35,142 nt of DNA, from positions 1 through 35,142 of IMG/VR virus record IMGVR_UViG_3300028840_008153; one strand, written 5' to 3'. The notes under the pieces are model-generated. The model had not been told where the DNA came from. It did no database searches and was given only the letters and a program-made list of their open reading frames with translations. Both the position numbers and the translations under genes were made by a program. The DNA is from a virus. Lineage: Duplodnaviria; Heunggongvirae; Uroviricota; Caudoviricetes. Of this stretch, positions 16,217 to 27,613 are shown piece after piece. Numbering within the stretch: the first letter of the stretch is position 1; each line of letters starts with the position of its first letter.

Positions 16217-16366
16217 ATGAGGAAGGGAAACGAATACGAAAACCGGTACTGCACGGTCTGCCTGAAAACCACGCGACACGAGAAGCGGGGCAGTACGGCC
16301 GTTTGTCTCAGGTGCGGTCGGAAGAAGCGGCCCAGCCAGGCGCGAATACCTAAAAAAGGGCGCTAG
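16217..16366 (+). CDS. 49-aa basic zinc-ribbon protein, probably leaderless
   Basis: not in ORF track; MRKGNEYENRYCTVCLKTTRHEKRGSTAVCLRCGRKKRPSQARIPKKGR; TGATAAGAT extended -10 ends 6 nt before the ATG. Confidence 0.6.
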   Translation: MRKGNEYENRYCTVCLKTTRHEKRGSTAVCLRCGRKKRPSQARIPKKGR

Positions 16367-16375
16367 GCGCCCCTT
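16346..16375 (-). terminator. terminator ending TTTTTTAGGTAT
   Basis: GGGCGC-TAG-GCGCCC hairpin plus U-tract. Confidence 0.55.
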
Positions 16376-16569
16376 CGAAGTTTCTCCGTGCGGGCAATGA
16401 TTCCCGCAGCCTCGACCACGTCTTGCATGTCATCCGCTTCTCGGATGACCCGGCCGGCACGCTCGATCAGCCGCTGCCGCGCCCGATCCAGCTTTTCGGC
16501 ACGCAGCATTCGTAGGGTCTGGTGACCTCTACGCAGCGCTATCCGTCGCTCGCGTTCCTTGGTCGTCAT
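16363..16569 (-). CDS. small Arg-rich helical protein
   Basis: 68-aa ORF, AGGAG RBS. Confidence 0.65.
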   Translation of the reverse strand: MTTKERERRIALRRGHQTLRMLRAEKLDRARQRLIERAGRVIREADDMQDVVEAAGIIARTEKLRRGA

Positions 16570-16592
16570 GGCTCTCTCCTGTCCTCCGGGTC

Positions 16593-16623
16593 AAAGAAAA
16601 GAGCGGGCCGAATTGGCCCGCTC
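16593..16623 (-). terminator. terminator-like hairpin in the 5' leader
   Basis: GAGCGGGCC/GGCCCGCTC 9-bp stem plus TTTTCTTT. Confidence 0.6.
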
Positions 16624-16640
16624 CTAAAGGTGCGTACTTT

Positions 16641-16669
16641 ATCCTAACCCCTTCAGGGGGTTATTTTAG
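16641..16669 (-). promoter_or_regulatory. promoter motif CTAAA-N18-TAGGAT
   Basis: conserved motif; -35 box overlaps the upstream stop codon. Confidence 0.6.
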
Positions 16670-17364
16670 AGGCTGTAGTGCATGAGCTTGACGGACTCGC
16701 CGTCGATCTCGACGTAGGTGTTGGAGCCTTTCCACTCCCCGGCATTCACGTACTCGATCCGTCCGTCTCCACGGACGTGCTCGGGCGTGTGCAGGTGGCC
16801 CATCACCAGAACGTCAAAACCCATCTTGCCGTAGTGCCTCCGAGCCTTCTCCCGCATCCCGTCCTTCAAGCGCTGGTAGCTGTTGCGGTCCTTGAAGTAG
16901 GAAGGAGCGTCGTAGGCCCGTGGTTTGGGAGGCTTCATGAAGAGGTGCTCGCAGACCTTGCGGGTCCACGAACTGAGGCGGTAGAGGGGGTAATACCACA
17001 ACATCATGTGGTCGAACTGATGACCGTGGATGACGGCCACCTTGCGCTTGCCCGCACGCACGGCCGTGAAGTGGGGCCGGACGGGCACGGTGTTGGTGTC
17101 GAGAACGGGGTCTTCCAGGTAGGCGCTGTCGTGGTTGCCCAGCAGGTACTCAACAATGACCTTTTTGGCGTAGAGCCGATCGAAGAAGGTTTGCAGGCTC
17201 TTGTGCTTCTGTCGAAGGGTCTCGGCGTCCTCGTCCCAGAGATCAAACAGGTCCCCGGCAATGATCAGGCGGTCACATTCGAGCGTGAACAGGAAGCTCT
17301 TGAAGGCTTCCAGCTCGCAGCGGACGCTGCCAATGTGGATGTCCGACACGATAACCGTCTTCAT
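16666..17364 (-). CDS. calcineurin-like metallophosphoesterase, LpxH-like
   Basis: SDIHIG, AGDLFD, GNHD, HGHQFD, GHLH, YVNAGEW. Confidence 0.85.
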   Translation of the reverse strand: MKTVIVSDIHIGSVRCELEAFKSFLFTLECDRLIIAGDLFDLWDEDAETLRQKHKSLQTFFDRLYAKKVIVEYLLGNHDSAYLEDPVLDTNTVPVRPHFTAVRAGKRKVAVIHGHQFDHMMLWYYPLYRLSSWTRKVCEHLFMKPPKPRAYDAPSYFKDRNSYQRLKDGMREKARRHYGKMGFDVLVMGHLHTPEHVRGDGRIEYVNAGEWKGSNTYVEIDGESVKLMHYSL

Positions 17365-17376
17365 TCACGGGTCACC

Positions 17377-18396
17377 TCAGCTGGTTAGTTCTCGGAACAG
17401 CATCAACCACGCCGCCATTTCCCCCACCCCGGAACTTTGCTTGTTGGCGGCCATGCGCATCTTCCAGTTGGGATGCACCCATTCCGCCTTGTAGACGTCC
17501 ACCTCGAAGACGCCCAAGGGGTTGCCCATGGGAATGTTTTTGAGGAAGAAGACCTCGACCTGCACGTTCAACAGATGGAAGACGCCTGTGTTGGTCAGGG
17601 GAGCCCCGGCGCTAGGCGAGACCACCCCCGTAAAGAATTCAGCATCCCAATACCCGGTGTTGCTCAACTGCTCATTGCTCGTCGGCACGGGCACGCACTG
17701 CGACGGGTAAACCCGATGCGTCGCGTGCGGGTGGTTGGGAATCAGAATGCTGTATCCCAGGCCCGTGTTGTAGGGCAGCACGGGGATGGGCTCCTCGCCG
17801 CCTGAAGAGGAGGAAGACGAGCTGCCTTGCGGGATCTCCTCATAGGGCGTGGCAGGCATAACCACCGAGAAGCTGAAGCGGTCGTCCATGTCCCAGTTGG
17901 CCACGGGGGAGTAGAAGACCTCGCCGTCGTGCAGCTCCACGGGGGCCTGGAACTGGATGTCCACTGCCTTGTTTCCGTCTTCCCCGTCAAAGCTCAATCG
18001 CAGGTTCTGGCCGTCGCCCACGCCCGAAGCCGGAGGCGTGGGATTGAGATTGTCGCCCGCCCCCGTGAACCAGGTCCTGAAGCCCTTGGTCGCTGGCCAC
18101 GGCACGACTTCAGCAGTCTCTTCGATAACCACAGATTGTGTGGTGGGATCACTTGGCGTGTTGTCGTGAGCGGCGATCAGGCCCCCGCACGGTTCTGTCG
18201 TATCCCCATCCAGTGTCGTTTTGTCGGCCGAAGAGAGTTGCGTTTTGAATCGCACAGTGAGCGTGTCGCCGGAAGTGCTGACATCATCCAATGCCGTAAC
18301 AATCGAAGAGGCTTGGATCTCGTCGTGGAGTTTGGCCGTGTTGGCGCCGCCGTCCGGGAAGTCGTCGGCAATCGAGTACGTGTAGCTGTAAGACAC
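17377..18396 (-). CDS. putative virion structural protein (beta-rich, acidic, poly-Ser insert)
   Basis: 339-aa ORF, GTG start after GGAGGAGG, downstream of the fibre genes. Confidence 0.6.
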   Translation of the reverse strand: MSYSYTYSIADDFPDGGANTAKLHDEIQASSIVTALDDVSTSGDTLTVRFKTQLSSADKTTLDGDTTEPCGGLIAAHDNTPSDPTTQSVVIEETAEVVPWPATKGFRTWFTGAGDNLNPTPPASGVGDGQNLRLSFDGEDGNKAVDIQFQAPVELHDGEVFYSPVANWDMDDRFSFSVVMPATPYEEIPQGSSSSSSSGGEEPIPVLPYNTGLGYSILIPNHPHATHRVYPSQCVPVPTSNEQLSNTGYWDAEFFTGVVSPSAGAPLTNTGVFHLLNVQVEVFFLKNIPMGNPLGVFEVDVYKAEWVHPNWKMRMAANKQSSGVGEMAAWLMLFRELTS

Positions 18397-18407
18397 GCTT
18401 CCTCCTC

Positions 18408-19313
18408 CTACGTTGGGATCTTCCAGAACTCAAGATCCGCGTCCGAGATATAGAACGTGCGCGTGGGGCCTCCGACGGCGGCGCCTTTCCATCGCAGGGC
18501 AAACTGACGTGACTGACTCGTGAAGTCGATGTGAAAGAACCCCGCGTAGTTCACGCCATCGTCGTCCGAGTCCAGGTAGAACGTTCTGTGCTTGTAAGCC
18601 ACGCTATTGGTGACGTCGTAGATTTGAACCTCAATATCGCCACCAGAACTCATATACAGGAACGCCGAGAAGCCAACCCTGTACATACCAGTCAGCGTCG
18701 GCGTCGTGAACGAGGTCTTGGTCGACCACGTCGTTTTTGACGTGGTTGAGCTTTCGCCGTGTGAACTGGAATATTGATGGTCCTGATAGCCGGGCCCCGT
18801 TGTGCCCGAGGCCCCTGTGACCCCTGTGACGCCCGTCGCACCAATAACGCCTTGCGCCCCCGTAGCGCCCTGCGGACCTGTGGCCCCCGCCGGACCCTGA
18901 TCGCCGGTGGCGCCCTGCGGCCCCGTTGCCCCTTGTGCCCCTTGAGGGCCCGTCGCCCCCGTCACGCCGTTGGGGCCAGTGGCGCCCGTTGGACCGATCG
19001 AACCTGTCGGGCCCTGATTACCGGTCACTCCTTGCTGCCCGGTCGCGCCGGTAATGCCAATGGCCCCCTGCGGGCCAGTGACCCCCGTAGCTCCGTCCGA
19101 GCCGGTAGCCCCCGTAGCGCCCGTCGCGCCCGGGGGTCCGACTTCCGTTACGTTTGTGGTGGAGCCGTCATCGTCCTTGGTGTACCACTTGGACGTGGCC
19201 GTGCTGTAGATCTGGGAGCCCTTATATACGTTGGTGGGTGTCGACGTGGGGTCGTGATCGACCGTCACGCTGCGCAGCTGCTCGCCCAGATCGATAGTGC
19301 CGATGATGGCCAT
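18408..19313 (-). CDS. collagen-like fibre protein 3
   Basis: G-X-Y repeats (GAT/GPT/GPQ) between N- and C-terminal globular domains. Confidence 0.85.
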   Translation of the reverse strand: MAIIGTIDLGEQLRSVTVDHDPTSTPTNVYKGSQIYSTATSKWYTKDDDGSTTNVTEVGPPGATGATGATGSDGATGVTGPQGAIGITGATGQQGVTGNQGPTGSIGPTGATGPNGVTGATGPQGAQGATGPQGATGDQGPAGATGPQGATGAQGVIGATGVTGVTGASGTTGPGYQDHQYSSSHGESSTTSKTTWSTKTSFTTPTLTGMYRVGFSAFLYMSSGGDIEVQIYDVTNSVAYKHRTFYLDSDDDGVNYAGFFHIDFTSQSRQFALRWKGAAVGGPTRTFYISDADLEFWKIPT

Positions 19314-19316
19314 TCA

Positions 19317-22000
<2,684 letters not shown>

Positions 22001-22049
22001 GGTTCTGTCACTCTATCAATTCAGCTGGTTTCAGGCAACACATCTCCCG

Positions 22050-22079
22050 ATAGCTAAAAAAGGGGAGAACGCTCCCCTT
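22050..22079 (-). terminator. intrinsic terminator ending TTTTTTAGCTAT
   Basis: AAGGGGAG-AACG-CTCCCCTT hairpin plus U-tract, immediately after the stop at 22080. Confidence 0.75.
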
Positions 22080-22484
22080 CTAACGGATCTCCATGAAACA
22101 GTCCATCCTTACCCCGTTCACGTGCAGGTCCCGTTTAGGGTGAATGACGACCTGCCACCGCCCTGTCAAGGCTCTCGCCTCTGCCACGAAAACGGCTTGC
22201 TCGTCGTGCTCATCCTCGTCCTTCTCGTCCTCCTGAATGTACTTCCGCATGCATTCCATCATCACCGGAGTGATGTTGTAGTTCCAACCGTCGGGGCTTG
22301 TACCGAGCCCCTCGAAATCCCGATCGCCTATGTAGATTGGAAGCTCCCCGTATATCAGTTCGTCCAGCCTTCTGAAAATCGCTTCCAGCCACACCTTTTC
22401 GTGCGGTTCCAAAAGGCATGTCGGGTCCCTTCGACGTCGCGCCACTTGCTCGCGCAGTGGAAACCGTCGCTTGCGTTGTTTCAT
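22080..22484 (-). CDS. hypothetical protein in a single-gene cassette
   Basis: 134-aa ORF, GGAGG RBS, own promoter and terminator. Confidence 0.7.
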   Translation of the reverse strand: MKQRKRRFPLREQVARRRRDPTCLLEPHEKVWLEAIFRRLDELIYGELPIYIGDRDFEGLGTSPDGWNYNITPVMMECMRKYIQEDEKDEDEHDEQAVFVAEARALTGRWQVVIHPKRDLHVNGVRMDCFMEIR

Positions 22485-22535
22485 GACACACCCTCCAATG
22501 GGTTAAAAGTGCGGACATCACTCGTCCTGCACATG

Positions 22536-22565
22536 ATTTTAACGCCATGTGGGGGTGTGATTTAG
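22536..22565 (-). promoter_or_regulatory. promoter motif CTAAA-N19-TAAAAT
   Basis: conserved motif; -35 box overlaps the stop of 22562-25207. Confidence 0.7.
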
Positions 22566-25207
22566 AGGCGCAGACGCGCGGCCCACTTCGACACGTATGC
22601 ATCCCAGCTCTCCTTGGAGATGACCCATCCATCCGAAGTGTCCGTCGTCGCCAGAAGCTCACGGCGCGTAAGGTCCTCAACAACATTGCCGATGTTGAGC
22701 ACGGGAAGGTGGTTGTTGCGGGAAGCGCGCAGGAGGGGAGGGCTTTCCAGCATGACCTGTCCGCCGACGTCATCGATCATGATTCCTTTCTGGCGCTTCT
22801 TGTTTTGAAGCCGCGTGCGGTATTCCTCAAACGGCATGTGATCCAGCACCATCAACCCGTCCTTTCGAAACCAGCAGAAAAGGTCGATGAGGGCCTCGGC
22901 AGGCTTGACGGTTGCGCGAAAGTGCTTCCTGGCGGCTTCGATCAGGTTGAGCACGGGCAGCTTCAGGTAGACGGCGTACCAGCTGCAAAAGTCTTCAAGG
23001 AGCGCGTCGCCGAGCACCCCCTCGGGCAGCTGATACTCCTTGGCCTGGAGCGCGATGAGGTAGTTGAGAATGTCATCGAACGGCGGCCACTCGTAACTCT
23101 TGTTCTCGACGGCAAAGACTTCGCCCCAGCGCCCGCCCGTGGCCAACGCCGCCGCGTCGTGAGGCCCAACCACGAACAGGGCGTTGTCGTGGCAGGCTGG
23201 AGGCCAGAAGCGCAGCTGCCCCCCAGCCGTGCTGCGAACCATCGAGGGGTAGCTTCGCATGCCAAGGCCGTCCCGAATCTTGTTGATGTTCGGACGGACA
23301 TAGTCCTCAACGCTGTGCTGCGGCATGCCCGCCTGTTCGGCAAGATGACGGCACAGAAGATCGGCCTGGGAGCCCGGACCGCCCGTGAAGGCCCACGGCC
23401 GCGCGAGTTCGCCCTTCATGGGCGCCACCAGGTTGTGAACGAAGGCTGCAGCCGCGCACGCGAAGATCGCCCGGCTTTCCACGTCCTCGTCGGCCTGGGA
23501 GGGCTGCCGCTCCTTTGGTGCCCGCACGCAGCTTCCCGGCATGTTGGGCAGCATCGTGTCCTGCTTGCATACCGCCCCCTTCTCCACGAAAAAGGCCGGA
23601 AACGAGATGCGCCCCGTTTTGTCCACGCCCACCGTGGTTGTCAGCCGCACCGTACGGGGGTCGCCCAGCATCTTGGCAATGTTTATCAGCTTGAGTTGCC
23701 ACTGCTTGTTGATAAGTGGAACGCCCATGCCCGCCGTGATCATCGTGTCCCGAAGCCACGAGGCGAAGCTGCGCTCGATCTCCACGAGATCGTCGAAGAA
23801 CGGGGCCTTCTGCCCTTTGTACTCGATCACGCCCTCCCAGTAGATCTTCTTGGCCTGCGCGTCCACGACTTCCCTGTTCACACGAACGATCGCGTCGCAG
23901 ATGCATTCCTCGCCCTTGGAGTGCATGATGAACCAGCCGTCGGGCCGCTCCAGAATCTTCTTGTTGCCGATGATTGCCTGTCGAACCACGGGCAGGTCGC
24001 CCAGATAGTATTCCAGCTTTGCCTTGCGAGCGGCAGGACAGGCTTCCAGAAGCTCCTTGCGTTCGCGCGTGGTCAGCGCCAGCGCGTTGAGCGCGACGTC
24101 GATGTCCGTCTCCTTGCGCTTGTCGTCGGTCAGCCACAGGGACAGCGCCTCGGGCCACGGGCGCGCGTGCTCCTCCATGAGCTTGAGCGCGGCAGTGGCC
24201 GGCCCCCGGGTGAAATATTCCTGGGGCGTGGAGCTGCGAAGTTCGGGGTGGGATGTCACAAAGCCGTTGGCGCCCAGCTTCTTGGCCTGCGCGAAGACCT
24301 TCCATTCGGAGCCCGGTGACCAGAAGATCACCCGGGAGGCATGAACGGACTGCCACGCTCTGTCAGTCTGGTCGTTGTAGAGCACCAGTTTGAGGGGGGT
24401 GTCGAAGGTCGCAAAATGCCGATTGTGCAGGTGCAGGGCGGCCTCAGTGTCGTCGGTGGCAAAAGCGACCCGGTCAAAGGGCTTGAGCGCCTCCAGCATG
24501 GCCAGCCCGCCCTCCATGCCGAGCCGGTTGGTCACGTTGGCCCTGATCAGAGGGCAAAAACGCTCCCGCCCCCGATCGTCGAGGAAGCGCAGACCGCATG
24601 TGCGCCCAGGCACGTCCTGGTAGTTGAGCACGAGGCTGGTGCCAAACCCCCCTTTGGGAAAGACCTTCCGGTAATCATTGCCCATCACCTGCAGAATTTC
24701 CTTGCGCGTGGTGGCACCCACGAAGCGCACAAGTCGGTTGGATCTGCGCCCTCGCCCGCTCCACAACCGGGCTTTCTGGAGCCGTTCGAGCAGATCGGGG
24801 CGCGGAGAGCCCAGCAGCCCTTCCTGAAAGGTCTCCCAGAAGCCCCTGACCTGACGCCAGCGCTCGGGAAAGTTCGTCACGTAGGCTTCGATGGAGCCCT
24901 TGTCGGCAGCCACTTCCGGGGCTTCCTGAAAGAAGCCCTCCTCGATGGCACGGCTGACGGCGTCGCGCGGGTCCTTCAAGGAATGCATGTAACCAAAGAA
25001 CTCTACGGAATCTCCACATTGGTTGCACCGTCCGCAGTGCATCCAGTATCCTTCCAGGCAGGGGTCGATGTAGATCGACAGGGATTTGTGATTACACAGC
25101 GGACAAGTCGTTCTCTCTGGAATGACCCCCTTGACGGTGATCCTTGCGGCAGCTAGGATCTTGCTGGGAGCAAGATGTCTCGATAAGTTCTTCGGAGGAG
25201 TCAACAT
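22562..25207 (-). CDS. large primase-like protein (N-terminal primase-type zinc finger; catalytic motifs not evident)
   Basis: CPLC...WMHCGRC..CGD zinc finger; P-loop-like FTGGPGSQ lacks GK[ST]; 881 aa. Confidence 0.55.
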   Translation of the reverse strand: MLTPPKNLSRHLAPSKILAAARITVKGVIPERTTCPLCNHKSLSIYIDPCLEGYWMHCGRCNQCGDSVEFFGYMHSLKDPRDAVSRAIEEGFFQEAPEVAADKGSIEAYVTNFPERWRQVRGFWETFQEGLLGSPRPDLLERLQKARLWSGRGRRSNRLVRFVGATTRKEILQVMGNDYRKVFPKGGFGTSLVLNYQDVPGRTCGLRFLDDRGRERFCPLIRANVTNRLGMEGGLAMLEALKPFDRVAFATDDTEAALHLHNRHFATFDTPLKLVLYNDQTDRAWQSVHASRVIFWSPGSEWKVFAQAKKLGANGFVTSHPELRSSTPQEYFTRGPATAALKLMEEHARPWPEALSLWLTDDKRKETDIDVALNALALTTRERKELLEACPAARKAKLEYYLGDLPVVRQAIIGNKKILERPDGWFIMHSKGEECICDAIVRVNREVVDAQAKKIYWEGVIEYKGQKAPFFDDLVEIERSFASWLRDTMITAGMGVPLINKQWQLKLINIAKMLGDPRTVRLTTTVGVDKTGRISFPAFFVEKGAVCKQDTMLPNMPGSCVRAPKERQPSQADEDVESRAIFACAAAAFVHNLVAPMKGELARPWAFTGGPGSQADLLCRHLAEQAGMPQHSVEDYVRPNINKIRDGLGMRSYPSMVRSTAGGQLRFWPPACHDNALFVVGPHDAAALATGGRWGEVFAVENKSYEWPPFDDILNYLIALQAKEYQLPEGVLGDALLEDFCSWYAVYLKLPVLNLIEAARKHFRATVKPAEALIDLFCWFRKDGLMVLDHMPFEEYRTRLQNKKRQKGIMIDDVGGQVMLESPPLLRASRNNHLPVLNIGNVVEDLTRRELLATTDTSDGWVISKESWDAYVSKWAARLRL

Positions 25208-26516
25208 GCGCGGCCCTGCCGACTTCTACGATGATGCCAACCAACAACAACTATACACGCTGGACCGACTGTATGGCCTCCCGAAGTTCGTAAAGGAAGC
25301 CGAACAGGAGGAGAAGGCAGGCATCAATCGATTACCTTCTCACGTTTTCGCAGATCGAGTCCGGCGCAAGTTCCCTTGCCACACGAAGGCGGCAACGTGG
25401 CTTGCCCAGGCGTACTTCTGCCTGGCTGAACCCCAATACTCTAAGGAAGAAAGGGCGCTTGTTCAAGACCGCATCACCAAACAAGCGGCTTATTGGGGTG
25501 TGAAAAATACGACCGACCGGCTTCGGACGACGTGGCAGAAGCTCGCCTCGACCGAACGGCCGGAGGTCGGCGACGCGGATCACGCGCTCGTGGTGGACAT
25601 GGGAGAAGGCAAAAAGATGCGCCGAATGCCCATGCCCAACGCGATGTCGGTCAAGCTGGCCGGTGAGTACCTGTTTGCCAACCGGTACAATTACCCGTAT
25701 CAGTGGCGCCGCGCGGCTTCCCGCCGAATCCTGAAAAAGGCCATGGAGTACGACGCCAAATTCAGGGAGGGCGAGAAGGTGGCTGGGGCCGGATTGGGCG
25801 TCCTGCAGTTCGACGACGACACGCAGGAATACCTGGAACGTGCCAGCGGCTTCGGCATGTGCCATCCCAAACAGGCCGCCGAGCAGCTCTCCCGCCGGGC
25901 GCTGATGATCTCGTCCCGCTTCAATGACGTGCGAGAGAAGATCGCCACGATCGCGCAGGAACTCCACGAGATGGAGGAGTGTGATGCGGAACTGCTCCAC
26001 AAGGTTGCCGAAGCCGTGGATTGGGCCGATCGGCAAACCGGACTCTGCAAGCAGTACCACCTCGGAATCGATCTGCCTGAAGAAATGTTCTTTCAGGTCT
26101 TGGAGAAAGAGGCCGAAGCGGTCATCAACAACCACGTCACGCTGACGACCGGCAACAGCTGGCCGATCGAGGTCTTCTCGCATCTGCCCGCCCAGAAGGT
26201 CGCCGAGGTGCTTGGCGGCGATATCGCCGACGCGCTCGAAGGCAACCACGGTCTTCTGGACCTTGAGAAATTCGCAGAGATCGCGCCCACGCTTCCGCGT
26301 CCCGACGCCGAGCTTCTTGAAACGGCGCTGAAAGCCGCCGCCGAAGAGGCGTACGAGAAGGACGCGACCCTGATGAAGCAAGGCCGTGCCCCCCTCAGCG
26401 CGAACTTCAAGTTCGACAAGGATGAATGGACCAACTGGCACAAACGAATGGTGGCTGCGGACCCGCGCGGCGTTGGAGTTGAATCCCCCCTCAGGCACAA
26501 CCAACAAGTCCTCTAA
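25206..26516 (+). CDS. hypothetical protein, K-x-A motif rich, possibly head-associated
   Basis: ATG at 25206 after GGAGGAG; FADRVRRKFPCHTKAATW; 436 aa. Confidence 0.75.
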   Translation: MRGPADFYDDANQQQLYTLDRLYGLPKFVKEAEQEEKAGINRLPSHVFADRVRRKFPCHTKAATWLAQAYFCLAEPQYSKEERALVQDRITKQAAYWGVKNTTDRLRTTWQKLASTERPEVGDADHALVVDMGEGKKMRRMPMPNAMSVKLAGEYLFANRYNYPYQWRRAASRRILKKAMEYDAKFREGEKVAGAGLGVLQFDDDTQEYLERASGFGMCHPKQAAEQLSRRALMISSRFNDVREKIATIAQELHEMEECDAELLHKVAEAVDWADRQTGLCKQYHLGIDLPEEMFFQVLEKEAEAVINNHVTLTTGNSWPIEVFSHLPAQKVAEVLGGDIADALEGNHGLLDLEKFAEIAPTLPRPDAELLETALKAAAEEAYEKDATLMKQGRAPLSANFKFDKDEWTNWHKRMVAADPRGVGVESPLRHNQQVL

Positions 26517-26526
26517 GGAGTCGGGC

Positions 26527-27609
26527 ATGAGTGACGCAGAAGAACTGGGCGAACTGATCGGCCTCGAATTTGAAAAAGAGGCCAGACGGCCGGGTATGAT
26601 GCGCGCCACGGGACGAAAGGCACCGCGTCAGCAACCCGCGCAACGTCGAGCACAGCGTGATCGTCCGCAGCAACGGCGACCTCGGCAGCGCCCTCAGAGC
26701 CGACAGACCGCCGGTTCGGGCGGTCCCCGGAAGCCGGCACCCAAGGCACAACCGCTGGCAAGGCGTCCCTCGGGCGCCATGGCCACGACACGAGCGCCGG
26801 CCCCCACACCCGCAGCGCGAAAGCCGCTGGTCACGCCTGCACCCTCCGGTACGGCCGGAACCATCACACCCCCTCCGGGCGGCGCGATGGTCCGACGCCC
26901 TGAAACCCGGTTGGCTGGCGGCGCGAAGCCCGTCGTTGAAGTGCTGCCTCCGCAGGCTGCTCTTCCGTCCCCGGCAAGGCAGCTGGGTATGCGTGTCGGG
27001 CGTTCAACCAGAGTTGACGTGCCGCCTGCAGCGTCGGCACCTGCGGCGCCGGCCCTTCCGGCACCGACGGCAGCCCCCCAGCCCGTGAGCGCAAAGCCGC
27101 CTGCGGGCGCTCGTACTGTTCGCCGAAAGCGCGGACTCCGAGGGGGACAGCCACAACCTGATCTGCCGCCGCCTCCCCCGCGCGCGATGCCGCAACCCAC
27201 GACGCCTCCGGGCGCTCGTGCCGTCAAACGAAAGCGGAAGCTCAGGGGCGCGGAACTCGCACCAGCGACTACACCGGCGGCAACCGCGCCGGCAGCGGCT
27301 GCGCCAGCAGGCGCACAAACGCCTGAATCCCGGTTCATGGCCGAAGCGGCCAAAAGAACCCCAACAGAGCCAGCACCGGCCGCAGCCCCCGAATTTGTTC
27401 CTTTGGCTCAACGGCTCGGACAGGCCATCGGTGTTCAGCCGCAAACCATCAACCGTCTTGGCAGTGTTGGACTGGGCGTGGGCGGCGGCCTGATGGCACG
27501 AAGCGCCTTGGCTGACCCGCACGAGGAAGCTCTGCGGCAGTACCTGCTGGCAAACCCGTTCATGTACGGGCAAATGAACCCCTACGCCGCGTCCATGATG
27601 ATGTACTAA
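26527..27609 (+). CDS. Pro/Ala/Arg-rich low-complexity protein
   Basis: ATG at 26527 after AAGGAG; internal repeat PP(A)GAR-x-V-x-RKR-x-LRG. Confidence 0.7.
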   Translation: MSDAEELGELIGLEFEKEARRPGMMRATGRKAPRQQPAQRRAQRDRPQQRRPRQRPQSRQTAGSGGPRKPAPKAQPLARRPSGAMATTRAPAPTPAARKPLVTPAPSGTAGTITPPPGGAMVRRPETRLAGGAKPVVEVLPPQAALPSPARQLGMRVGRSTRVDVPPAASAPAAPALPAPTAAPQPVSAKPPAGARTVRRKRGLRGGQPQPDLPPPPPRAMPQPTTPPGARAVKRKRKLRGAELAPATTPAATAPAAAAPAGAQTPESRFMAEAAKRTPTEPAPAAAPEFVPLAQRLGQAIGVQPQTINRLGSVGLGVGGGLMARSALADPHEEALRQYLLANPFMYGQMNPYAASMMMY

Positions 27610-27613
27610 ATCC

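Noticed and set aside
22547-24319. 590-aa plus-strand ORF and similar long antisense ORFs (6441-7379, 19563-20546, 25332-26609, 14129-14959)
   Set aside because: Shadow frames of GC-rich genes on the opposite strand, with no recognisable motifs
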